A stretch of 44,836 nt of DNA from Eledone cirrhosa. Its lineage: Eukaryota. The notes below the pieces were generated by a model. That model was not told where the DNA came from and made no database searches. It was given only the letters and a program-made list of their open reading frames with translations. Of this stretch, positions 11,628 through 21,999 are shown in pieces. Positions within the stretch are counted from its first letter, which is position 1; the number at the start of each line of letters is the position of its first letter. The position numbers and the translations under genes are program-made. The DNA lies in NCBI GenBank assembly GCA_964016885.1, contig CAXHJY010001235.1:1-44836 (forward strand). The letters run 5' to 3'.

Positions 11628-11778
11628 AACAAAGGAGTTGTGGTAAGGAACGAGATGGACCATAACGCACCAGAGTACTCAATGCTTAGGGTAGTAGAGT
11701 GGGTAATAGGAAAATGTATGACCCCGACGGCAGAGCTCAAGCCGTTTCGACGGGACGGCTATTTCTGGATATATTTCC
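11628..11778 (-). mobile_element. Short non-coding element in (TA)n with a hammerhead-like 3' half
   Basis: Homologous to 3400, 20970, 37082 and 44755. Minus strand has GAA-ACGGC-ttgagctct-GCCGT-C-GGGG (11722-11748), but no canonical CUGANGA upstream. Confidence 0.6.
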
Positions 11779-11793
11779 ATATATATATATTCA

Positions 11794-11998
11794 TTTTACT
11801 CTGGAGTTTTGCCTGTTAATCACAGGGTCATCAGACAATAACTAACATTCTTGAGCATGTTTGGAACATAACATAACAAAGGTCTATACATAGAATCATG
11901 ATGGAAGGTTATTAGACACATATTTGTATTGTCTATGCTATTGAATGTTAATTTTTGTCTAATGACCCTGCGATTATCAGGAAAAACTCTAGAGAAAA
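11794..11998. repeat. ~57-bp imperfect inverted repeat; each arm is a decayed hammerhead
   Basis: Minus arm: CTGATGA-CCCTG..CAGGC-AAA-ACTCCAGAGT-A. Plus arm: CTAATGA-CCCTG..CAGG-AAAA-ACTCTAGAG. Implied palindromic stem III ACTCTAGAGT. Confidence 0.7.
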
Positions 11999-12353
11999 TA
12001 GACTCACTATTTAGCCTTAATAAAATGTATATTTAAACTCTACCTTAGTATTAAGTACACCTTTTTCTCTCAACTGTCAACCACATATGAAAAAATACAT
12101 ATACACATATATATATATAAGTTTGAAAATTGCAAATTTGACTGTCACCACAGAATATGAACCTGAAGATTGCGAAAGCATGAAAGTACTTGTTCAATTA
12201 ACACTTAGACAAAGTTGGAATTCCTTTTATTAATATAATCTTCTATACACAATCATACACACCCGTGTGATGATGATGATGATGATGATGATATATATAT
12301 ATATATATATCAATGATATTAATAAATGGAAACTATATTTATAAAACCATATT

Positions 12354-12414
12354 TATTCTATTATATATATTTCAAGGGTACCAAAACTTTGGTACGCTCT
12401 CATCAGATAAAATA
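12354..12414 (-). ncRNA. Type I hammerhead ribozyme motif (intact core)
   Basis: Minus strand: TATTTTAT-CTGATGA-GAGCGTACCAAAGTTTTGGTACCCTT-GAA-ATATATAT-A-ATAGAATA; stem I 8 bp (one G-U), long stem II, palindromic stem III, AUA cleavage triplet. Confidence 0.85.
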
Positions 12415-12577
12415 CAAAGTTTGTTTTATAAATATTGACATATCCAGGAATGAGACCTTAACGGTTCAAGTTTTACTTGTGGAGTGCTTCGAATCTGTTA
12501 TAAATATATATATTTGTTGAATTACCAACAAATTAAATATTCCTTTGCTTATATATATATATATACTATATATACTA

Positions 12578-13548
12578 GGGACAGCAAGCAACAAACAGCC
12601 ACAGGAAACAAGTACCACCAATCTCTGGGAGGGCTCTGTAGAAACAGTAGACAGCTTCTGCTACCTAGGTGACCGAATTAGCAGCGGAGGTGGGTGTTCA
12701 GAAAGTACAATAACTAGGGTAAGAACGGGATGGAAGAAGTTTAGGGAACTACTACCACTGCTAGCTGCAAAAGGCTTCCCCTCAAAATGAAAGGCAGACT
12801 GTATGATGCATGTATCTGAACAGCGATGTTGCATGGTAGTGAGACCTGGGCACTGAAGGTGGAAGACTTACGTAGATTAGAGAGAAACGAAGCCTGCATG
12901 CTCCGATGGATGTGTAATAGTAATATATGCGAACGACAAAGCATAAATGAATTGAGAGAGAGACTGAGCATAAGAGGAATCAAATGCTGTGTGCAGGAGA
13001 GGCGGTTGCGTTGGTATGGACATGTGATGCGCATGAAGGATGACAGCTGCATAAAAAGGTGCAGAGCACTAGAAGTCAATGGAAACCGCGGAGTGGGGAG
13101 ACCCAAGATGACCTGGGATGAGGTGATAAAAGCCGACCTTACCCAACTACACCTCTCAAAGGCGATGACACACGACTGTGACCTCTGGCGTCACGCAGTA
13201 ATACAGAGTACCCGACCTCCCATGGGTACAAGCTGAAGCATATAGACAATATGCCCCCACACCCCCCCACTGCAAGGTGGCTGTGCAGGCGCCACGGTAA
13301 AAAAGCACCCAGCCCACACTGTAAAGTGGACGTGTAGCCGCCACGAAAAAGCACCCACCACTCACTGTAAATGAGGTTGGTGTTAGGAAGGGCATCCAGC
13401 TGTAGAAATCAAGCCAAATCAGTTCTTGTATGAGCAAGGCATGGTCAGCTGACCAGACACTGCCCACAACAGGACAACCCGTCTAACCCATGCTAGCGTG
13501 GAAGAACGGACGTAAAACGGTGATGATGATGATGATGATGATGATGAT
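12578..13548 (+). mobile_element. RTE-clade LINE 3' portion (ORF2 C-terminus, decayed) with SINE-like 3' region and (GAT)n tail
   Basis: VDSFCYLGD...RVRTGWKKFRELLPLL, frameshift near 12780, KGRLYDAC, in-frame stop, MLHGSETW...RRLRWYGHVMR...GRPKMTW. Confidence 0.9.
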
Positions 13549-13990
13549 ACTAGATATAGAGAAATTCTTGCTATTCCACATGATTCTAGTTCTGAGAAAT
13601 ACAAAGAAGCCCTTGGGATATAGGTAAATTGGTATATATATATATGTGTGTGTGTGTGTGTGAATTTATATATATGTATAATAAATATATATATATATAA
13701 TACTTTTTTTGTCTATCTTGTTTATACTCACATAGAGTTTTTTCTCGCTTAATTTTAATGTATATATATAGAGAGAGAGAAAGAGGGGGTGGGAGAGAAT
13801 TAAAAAGAGATAGCTAGATAGGGACAGATAAATAGACAGAAAGATATATATATACTCTCTCACACACGCGCACACACACACACGTACACACAAACATAAT
13901 GCACCCGCACACACACACACGTTTTGTTCTACTAGCTGCAGAAAGAACGAATGTACTTGGCATATATAGTAGAGTACATTTATTCATTCA

Positions 13991-15130
13991 AATATAAACA
14001 TTGCAGTCGAGCCCCTAGCAGTGAGAGTTCTGGTGTCCTTGGCCCCAGGGCAACCTCCCTACTTACCACCATAAGCACTGAGCTGGCTACCTGCAGCAGT
14101 GGAGACTTCTGGTGTCCTTGGCCCTAGGGCTACCTGCCTACTTACCACCATAGGCACTGAGCTGGCTACCTGCAGCAGTGGAGACCTCTGGTGTCCTTGG
14201 CCCTAGGGCAACCTCCCTACACACCACCATAGGCACTGAGCTGGCTACCTGCAGCAGTGGAGACTTCTGGTGTCCTTGGCCCTAGGGCTACCTCCCCGCT
14301 TACCACCATAGGCACTGAGCTGGCTACCTGCAGCAGTGGAGACCTCTGGTGTCCTTGGCCCTAGGGCAACCTCCCTACACACCACCATAGTCACTGAGCT
14401 GGCTACCTGCGGCAGTGGAGACTTCTGGTGTCCTTGGCCCTAGGGCAACCTCCCTACACACCACCATAGGCACTGAGCTGGCTACCTGCAGCAGTGGAGA
14501 CCTCTGGTGTCCTTGGCCCTAGGGCTACCTCCCTACTTACCACCATAAGCACTGAGCTGGCTACCTGCAGCAGTGGAGACCTCTGGTGTCCTTGGCCCTA
14601 GGGCAACCTCCCTACTTACCACCATAAGCACTGAGCTGGCTACCTGCAGCAGTGGAGACCTCTGGTGTCCTTGGCCCTAGGGCTACCTCCCTACTTACCA
14701 CCATAAGCACTGAGCTGGCTACCTGCAGCAGTGGAGACCTCTGGTGTCCTTGACCCTAGGGCTACCTCCCTACTTACCACCATAAGCACTGAGCTGGCTA
14801 CCTGCAGCAATGGAGACTTCTGGTGTCCTTGACCCTAGGGCTACCTCCCTACTTACCACAATAAGCACTGAGCTGGCTACCTGCAGCAGTGGAGACTTCT
14901 GGTGTCCTTGACCCTAGGGCTACCTCCCTACTTACCACCATAAGCACTGAGCTGGCTACCTGCAGCAGTGGAGACTTCTGGCGTCCTTAACCCTAGGGCC
15001 TACCTCCCTACTTACCACCATAAGCACTGAGCTGGCCAGCCGCAGGTGTGAGCATCGCGAGATGAAATGGCTCTTGCAGCACATCTCCTTCACCATCCTC
15101 GAGGGAAACACCTTCTCCATTCTGTCTACC
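13991..15130 (+). mobile_element. CRE-like non-LTR retrotransposon C-terminal (restriction-like endonuclease) remnant
   Basis: Collapsing the internal array gives EPLAVE(S/T)SGVLGPRATSLLTTIGTELASRRCEHREMKWLLQHISFTILEGNTFSILST, resembling the CRE-clade ending P.A.ET.G..GP...L.Q.IS..I.RGNA..IL.T. Confidence 0.7.
14012..15036. repeat. 79-bp minisatellite, 13 copies
   Basis: CTGCAGCAGTGGAGAC recurs at 14091, 14170, 14249 and onward with period 79. Confidence 0.97.
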
Positions 15131-15177
15131 GGGGCTGTGGGGCGGTCAGCACGTGGGACCCCATTTGCTCGTAATAC

Positions 15178-15485
15178 AGAGAGATGGGGAGGGGGCGAGA
15201 GAGATGGAAGCGATGACAGTGGGAGTTTGGCTCTTCCGTGTTCAGACCTGGAGTACATGAGAGAGATGGGGAAGGCGAGAGAGATGGATGCGATGACAGT
15301 GGGAGTTTGGCTCTTCCGTGTTCAGACCTGGAGTACATGAGAGAGATGGGGAAGGCGAGAGAGATGGATGCGATGACAGTGAGAGTTTGGCTCCTCTGTG
15401 TTCAGACCTGGAGTACATGAGAGAGATGGGGAGGGCGAGAGAGATGGAGGCGATGACAGAGGGAGTTTGGCTCCTCTGTGTTTGG
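15178..15485. repeat. 80-bp tandem repeat, ~3.8 copies
   Basis: GAGAGATGGGG recurs at 15261, 15341 and 15421. Confidence 0.92.
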
Positions 15486-15679
15486 ATCTGGTGTATATGT
15501 GCATGCTTACTGTCTTATTGTTCCTTCATTTCAGGCAACAAATTGGTAGAGAATCACATCTGCTACTTCAGGGATTCTCAATGTTGGGACCTGAAGGGAA
15601 CACACATCATGAGGATCTCTGTTGTATATATATATATATAGCATGTATATACAGTATGACCCCCCCCCCCCCCCTCCCA

Positions 15680-16190
15680 CATGTAGGTGTCACAACTAAA
15701 AGCACCCAGCCGACCCTGTAAAGTGGTTGTGTAGGTGTCACGATAAAAAGCACCCAGCCACACTATAAAGTGGTTGTATAGGTGTCATGACAAAAAGCAC
15801 CCAGCCCACACTGTAAAGTGGTCAGGAAGGTCTCACAACAAAAAGCACCCAGCCCACACTGTAAAGTGGTCAGGAAGGTCTCACAACAAAAAGCACCCAG
15901 CCCACACTGTGAAGTGGTCAGGAAGGTCTCACAAAAAAAGCACCCAGCCCACTGTAAAGTGGTCATGTAGGAGTCGAGGCAAAAAGCACTCAGTTCACAC
16001 TGTAAAGTCGTCATGTAGGTGTCACGATAAAAAGCACCCAGCCCACACTATAAAGTGATTGTATAGGTGTCACGAGAAAAAGCACCCAGCCCACACTGTA
16101 AAGTGGTCAGGAAGGTCTCACAACAAAAAAGCACCCAGCCCACACTGTAAAGTGGTTGTGTAGCCGTCACGATAAAAAGCACCCAGTACC
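15680..16190 (+). repeat. ~46-48-bp tandem array of a SINE internal module
   Basis: About 11 copies of AAAAGCACCCAGCCCACACTGTAAAGTGG; the same module occurs at 3741-3770 and 13300-13330. Confidence 0.85.
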
Positions 16191-16376
16191 ACATTATAGC
16201 ATGGACTGGATGATTTTCATTGTAGCACCGAAACGACCGTCTAACACAGCACTATATATAAATATTAAATCCCATTCAAGGCCTTCTCACTCCTGCTGAG
16301 AAGTCCCTCCTGGAAGTTTACACTTCTGGCAACAGGTTTAAAATCTTTGCTGCTTTTACAAGTTGTATATTTAATT

Positions 16377-16409
<33 letters not shown>

Positions 16410-16425
16410 CATACATATATATATA

Positions 16426-16987
16426 GTATCTAGAATAAGGACGGGTTGGAAGAAGTTTAGGGAACTGCTTCCTCAGCTGACGAAGAAGGGTTTCTCCCTG
16501 TGTATCAAAGGCCGGTTATATGATGCTTGTGTGAGGAGCGCGATGCTGCATGGTAGTGAGACATGGGCAGCAACTGCAGAGGATATGCAACGGCTGGAGG
16601 AAATGAGGCAAGCATGCTCCGTTGGATGTGCAATGTCAATGTGCATGAGCGACCGAGCATGGATGTGTTGAGAGAGAAACTGTGTCTGAGAGGGATAAGT
16701 TGTAGTGTGCGGGAGAGAAGACTGCGATGGTATGGACGTGTGATGTGCATGGAGGATGACCGGTGGGTAAAGAAGTTCCAAGAAATGCCAGTTGAAGGAA
16801 GACATAATAGAGGAAGACCATGAAAAACATGGGCGGAGGTGGTGAGAGTGGACCTCAGATTGCTGAAGCTCACGGTGGAGATGACGAAGGACCGTGACAA
16901 GTGGAGAGATGCTGTGCTGAAGAGGACCCATCCCACCCTTGCAAGCAGGGAAAAGTGGACGTATGATGATGATGATGATGATGATGA
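16426..16987 (+). mobile_element. RTE LINE 3' fragment
   Basis: RIRTGWKKFRELLPQLTKKGFSLCIKGRLYDACVRSAMLHGSETW, frameshift, RRLRWYGRVM, then (GAT)n tail. Confidence 0.88.
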
Positions 16988-17041
16988 GATATATATATAT
17001 ATATATATATGTGTGTATATATATATATACATATATATGTG

Positions 17042-17072
<31 letters not shown>

Positions 17073-17079
17073 ATGTAAA

Positions 17080-18210
17080 CTAGCTGAATTACCTGGTGTT
17101 GCCTGGGTTACTGCTGTTCATATTCAGATTAGTAAACAATAAATATGAAGATATGTTTTTTTCTCATAATTATTTCAAAATATCTATATTTTATAAACAA
17201 AATATCAAAATTGTAATGATAATAGAATCTAGAAATGAAAATCTGTCAATCTTGAAGTACCTGAGGGTAAACAATATTCATTGTGTAATTTTTTTTTGAT
17301 GTCCAAATGAATTGTTGCTACACACTCACACACATACACTCTCACATACATATACTAAGACAGATACACATTCAGACATACATTCACACGCATAGCTTTT
17401 CACCTCATTTTTTTGACAGTCGCTACATATGTATGTGTAGATGTGTGTGTGTATTTGATAACATACCTAATGAACGCGCGCACACACACACTCACAGACA
17501 CATACATATTCATATACAAAGTCTGACGTGGTTGTGTTGTTTTCTATTGCTTTTATCTAAATGAAAATAAAAATTATCACACATACACTCACACACGCAT
17601 ACACACACTCTCACATACATATACTAAGACAGACACACACTAATTCACGCACACCTGTCTGTCATCACATATGTATCTGTATGTGTAGATGTGTGTATGT
17701 GTTTAATTGTGTGTGTGAAGATATTTGTTTCTACTTTAGGCACAAGGCCAGCAATTACCCAGTGCATTACTGGTACTTTATTTTATCGACCCCGTAAGGA
17801 TGAAAGGCAAAATCAACCTCGGCGGGATTTGAACTCAGATCGTAAAGGGACGTAAGAAGATAATGTGTGTGAAGATAATGTGTATGCAACTTACTAATGC
17901 TATATGTATGTGTAGATGTGTGTGTGTGTTTAATTCTGTGAGGCCTAACGTAGGTAATGAACTCACAGACACATACACACTCATATACAAAATGTGACGT
18001 GGTGGTGGTGGTGGTTTACTGTAGTTCACTATAGAAAGGTTATTTTAGATCAAATATTATATTGTTTTAATCCAAATGAAACTAAAAGTTACATGTTGAC
18101 ATTCCCGGGGTCTAATACTATTACTTTGTAAAATTTGATTTGATTTGGTCTAGCCGTTTGAGAATGCAAAGGAACAGACAAACAGACAGAGAGACAAACA
18201 AATTTATATC
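17080..18210 (-). mobile_element. Non-autonomous Helitron (contains a nested SINE at ~17728-17850)
   Basis: Minus-strand 3' end ACCCAGGCAACACCAGGT hairpin then AATTCAG-CTAG-T; 5' region TATAAATTTGTTTGTCTCTCTGTCTGTTTGTCTG typical of animal Helitron/HINE heads. 5' boundary approximate. Confidence 0.7.
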
Positions 18211-18831
18211 TACAGAGACCTGCTTTAATTCCTTTAAATCTTCATTGATACTCCTTCACTCCTACACTCATTAACAACGCCCCATCCCCGACACACCCAA
18301 ATCTCTTATATATTGAGTCACCCATTACAACACAAATGAGATCAGTTTGACAACTGCCACCCACGAATGTGAGAAAGTTCTCCAGGGAAAATAACCAGGA
18401 ATCTTTAAAAATCTCCCCACCGAAGTTAACAAAGAACTTACTAGATCTACAAAACCAAATTATAAAATCATAATATTATAAAATTAAACTACATTGTTTA
18501 GAACTACAAGTGAAGTCATTCTTTTCCTTTTTTTAAATATATATATACACACATATGGTTATATGTGTGTGTGTGTATATATATACATATGTGTGTGTGT
18601 GTGTATATATATACATATATGTACACACACACATATGGTTATATGTGTGTGTGTGCGTATATATATACATATATGTACACACACACATACACATATATAC
18701 ATACATACATATATATATATATAAATAATATAATAATGAAATTATTGTGTATATATATATATATATATATGTACACACACACACACACACACACACATAC
18801 ATACATACACATATATATATATAAATAATTG

Positions 18832-19017
18832 TTTCTACTATTGGCACAAGGTCACCAATTACCCAGTACATTACTGGTACTTTATTTTATCGACCCCGTA
18901 AGGATGAAAGGCAAAGTTAACCTCGGCGGGATTTGAACTCAGAATGGCAAGGGCCGTAACTCTATACGTCAAAGCATGGTGTCCGACCCTCTACCGATAC
19001 TGCCAATTCACCGCCCT
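18832..19017 (-). mobile_element. Near-complete tRNA-derived Nin/Deu-like SINE
   Basis: Minus strand starts GGGCGGTGAATTGGCAGTATCGGTAGAG, has B box GAGTTCAAATCCC and the same core as 9641-9960. Confidence 0.8.
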
Positions 19018-19038
19018 TATTTATATATATATATATAA

Positions 19039-19795
19039 ATAATATAATGAAATTATTGTGTAAAGTGCTCAGGTGCACTATAACTTGTCAAAGGTGCATG
19101 TATAGTACATAGAATAATATACAAATGTCAGGGAAGTGAATAGTGTATGAGTCATGATATACATGTGTGTATGTGTATGGAGGGGGAATATTAGGTGTGA
19201 TGTTGGTGAAACTCGGGAAGCATGGAGGCCTTAAAGGATGCTGTGTCTCGACAGCTAACAACTGATGCAAGTAGTTTGTTCCATGGAGGTTTTAAAGGAT
19301 GCAGTGTCTCGACAGCTAACAACTGATGCAGGTAGTTTGTTCCATGGAGGTTTTAAAGGATGCAGTGTCTCGACAGCTAACAACTTATGCAGGTAGTTTG
19401 TTCCATGGAGGTTTTAAAGGGTGCAGTGTCTCGACAGCTAACAACTGATGCAGGTAGTTTGTTCCATGGAGGTTTTAAAGGGTGCAGTGTCTCGACAGCT
19501 AACAACTGATGCTGGTAGTTTGTTCCATGGAGGTTTTAAAGGGTGCAGTGTCTCGACAGCTAACAACTGATGCAGGTAGTTTGTTCCATGGAGGTTTTAA
19601 AGGATGCAGTGTCTCGACAGCTAACAACTTATGCAGGTAGTTTGTTCCATGCTTCAGCAACTCTGAGCGTGAAAAAATGTTTCCGAAAGTCATGGGAACT
19701 GTGCTGTTTTCTGACTTTGTGGGCATGCCCACGTGTGTTAGACACATGGAAATCAAAAAGGTTCTCAGGGTTGTTGTTGGCAACATGGTTAATAA
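19039..19795 (-). mobile_element. CR1-clade LINE 3' end
   Basis: Minus strand encodes NTRGHAHKVRKQHSSHDFRKHFFTLRVAEAWNKLPA*VVSCRDTASFK, followed by a 3' UTR. Confidence 0.85.
19224..19650. repeat. 61-bp minisatellite, 7 copies, inside the CR1 ORF2 end
   Basis: Units start at 19224, 19285 ... 19590, bounded by CATG microhomology. Confidence 0.95.
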
Positions 19796-19931
19796 TATAT
19801 ATATATATAATAAATTCATAGGGATATATGTATATATTTAGACATAGTCACAGATACATATATGAGAGTGGCTACCTTTCACGGTGTGGCTCAATGAAGA
19901 ATTAATTAAGCAAATAATTATTAATCAGAGC

Positions 19932-20963
19932 TATATATAAAATTGCAAGTTTGAAGAATTATTAGATAAAATATATACAGTCTCTCCTCTCCCTAGTCCA
20001 TAGAAACCAACCACATAAATAATCATTTAAACGAAGCCATAAGTTTAAAATGTAACTATGAAGAAATAATAGACAAATGATACAGACTATCTTCCGCGAG
20101 GGACAGCCAGATAAAATTTATCTAGCCATTCCTTTTAGCCCGTAGAAATTAAGTAGACAAATAATCAACTACATGGAGTTAGGTCTAAAATGGAAGTTAG
20201 AAGAAAAAATGCAGATAAACTTTACCAGAATTCCTCTAGTCTCGACTGCCGGCAGTTCCGTTCCTTTTATGCGGATATACCCGATCCTGGATTTATCCAC
20301 GAGGCTTGGAACTTATCAAGAGACACCTCGAGTCTGAACTAAAATTTCTACCGTGATCCCCGCCAGAAATAAATTAAAAAATGGCTAAGAATTATCATGT
20401 GGCTAGTGGTCGAGGAAGAAGATTGTGATTGGTTGCCAGGCGGCGAGTAGGCTGGTTGCTAGAAAGCGCAGCCAGATACTGCCTAAAGTTTTACTCTATC
20501 TTACGGGAATATATATAAAATTCATAGGGATATATCTATATATTTAGACATAGTCACAGATACTCGAGGTGTCTCTTGATAAGTTCCAAGCCTCGTGGAT
20601 AAATCCAGGATCGGATATATCCGCATAAAAGGAACGGAACTGCCGGCAGTCGAGACTAGAGGAATTCTGGTAAAGTTTATCTGCATTTTTTCTTCTAACT
20701 TCCATTTTAGACCTAACTCCATGTAGTTGATTATTTGTCTACTTAATTTCTACGGGCTAAAAGGAATGGCTAGATAAATTTTATCTGGCTGTCCCTCGCG
20801 GAAGATAGTCTGTATCATTTGTCTATTATTTCTTCATAGTTACATTTTAAACTTATGGCTTCGTTTAAATGATTATTTATGTGGTTGGTTTCTATGGACT
20901 AGGGAGAGGAGAGACTGTATATATTTTATCTAATAATTCTTCAAACTTGCAATTTTATATATA
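19932..20963. repeat. 402-bp near-perfect inverted repeat (arms 19932-20333 and 20562-20963) with a 228-bp spacer
   Basis: Arms are reverse complements with one mismatch seen. A 46-bp direct repeat lies at 19812-19857 and 20518-20563. Confidence 0.95.
20571..20656 (+). ncRNA. Variant hammerhead motif (U3-A8 core, G13, branched stem II); mirror copy at 20239-20324 (-)
   Basis: GTCTC-TTGATAA-GTTCC-[two hairpins]-GGAAC-GGA-ACTGCCGGCAGT-C-GAGAC. Confidence 0.6.
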
Positions 20964-20969
20964 TATATA

Positions 20970-21604
20970 TAGGAAAAAAGTATGACCCCGACGGCTATTT
21001 CTGGACAAAGGAACGCTGTACTAGTCTCAAGCTTATTAGCTATCGTCAGCAATGTATGTATATATATATACATACTACTGTATGTCTGTATACATATATG
21101 TATGAACGTGTACATACTTATATTTAAGTAACAGCTGTACTAAAAGTGGGAAACGAAATTTTGTTTCATTTTTTCTGTTTATCGTTTTCGGTGCACCCGG
21201 CCGATTAACCCACTCGATATGCAAATTGGGCTACTCAGCCGTTAACATGCATAAGGTAAGTATATACGTTCAACAATCTGGCAGGAAGGTATATGTTGCT
21301 GACGATAGCTAATAAGCTTGAAACTAGTACAGCGTTCCTTTGTCAGTGTTGAACAAACGAGCAACGATGGTTGCTGGACACTATGGCTTAATACGGGATG
21401 TTTGTTTACAAACACACCGAGCATTATAATAAATGTTCGGTGAATCCATACGCACATATATATATATGTGTGCATGTATGTATATATATATACATACTAC
21501 TGTACGTCTGTATACATATATGTATGTACGTATACATACTTATATTTAAGTAACAGCCGTACTAAGAGTGGGAAATGAAATTTTGTTTCATTTTTTCCGT
21601 TTAT
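20970..21604 (+). mobile_element. Penelope-like pseudo-LTR-type element: inverted hammerhead copy plus partial tandem repeat
   Basis: 21004-21052 is the reverse complement of 21296-21344; ~130-bp direct repeats at 21052-21182 and 21475-21604; bounded by (TA)n; no ORF. Confidence 0.65.
21293..21335 (+). ncRNA. Minimal type I hammerhead ribozyme motif (intact core)
   Basis: ATGTTG-CTGACGA-TAGCTAATAAGCTT-GAA-ACTAGT-A-CAGCGT: stem I 6 bp with two G-U, stem II AGCT/AGCT behind a U-U pair, palindromic stem III, GUA cleavage at 21329. Confidence 0.8.
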
Positions 21605-21644
21605 ATATATATATATATATATATATAAATATATATATAAATAT

Positions 21645-21677
<33 letters not shown>

Positions 21678-21708
21678 AATATATATAAATATATATATAT
21701 ATATATAA

Positions 21709-21745
<37 letters not shown>

Positions 21746-21999
21746 GGGAGAGAGAGAGTGAGAGAGAGAGAGGGAGTGAGAGAGAGAGAGAGAGAGAGTG
21801 GGGGGGGAGACATAGACAAGTAGATATGACGTGAGTGAAATAAATAGATAGATAGACAGAGGAGGCAGACATATTGATTAAGAGATAAGTAGGGAAAAGA
21901 CAACAGATTGCTTCATTGATTTATTGGTCATTGATTTATTAATGATTGACTGATAAACAGAACCAGACATGGGGAGACATATTGGTGGGAAAGATAGGA

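Noticed and set aside
13546-13623. DTRYREILAIPHDSSSEKYKEA, vaguely like a DnaJ helix I, followed by AG|GTAAAT
   Set aside because: Too short, no HPD motif, in-frame stop and no acceptor; chance similarity is likely.
14012-15036. CRISPR-like regular array (also 19224-19650 and 24080-25400)
   Set aside because: Units are contiguous with no unique spacers, there are no cas genes, and the context is eukaryotic.
20174-20722. 66-aa ORF MELGLKWKLEEK present in the IR arms
   Set aside because: Short, no recognisable motif, and antisense to the hammerhead; duplicated only because of the IR.
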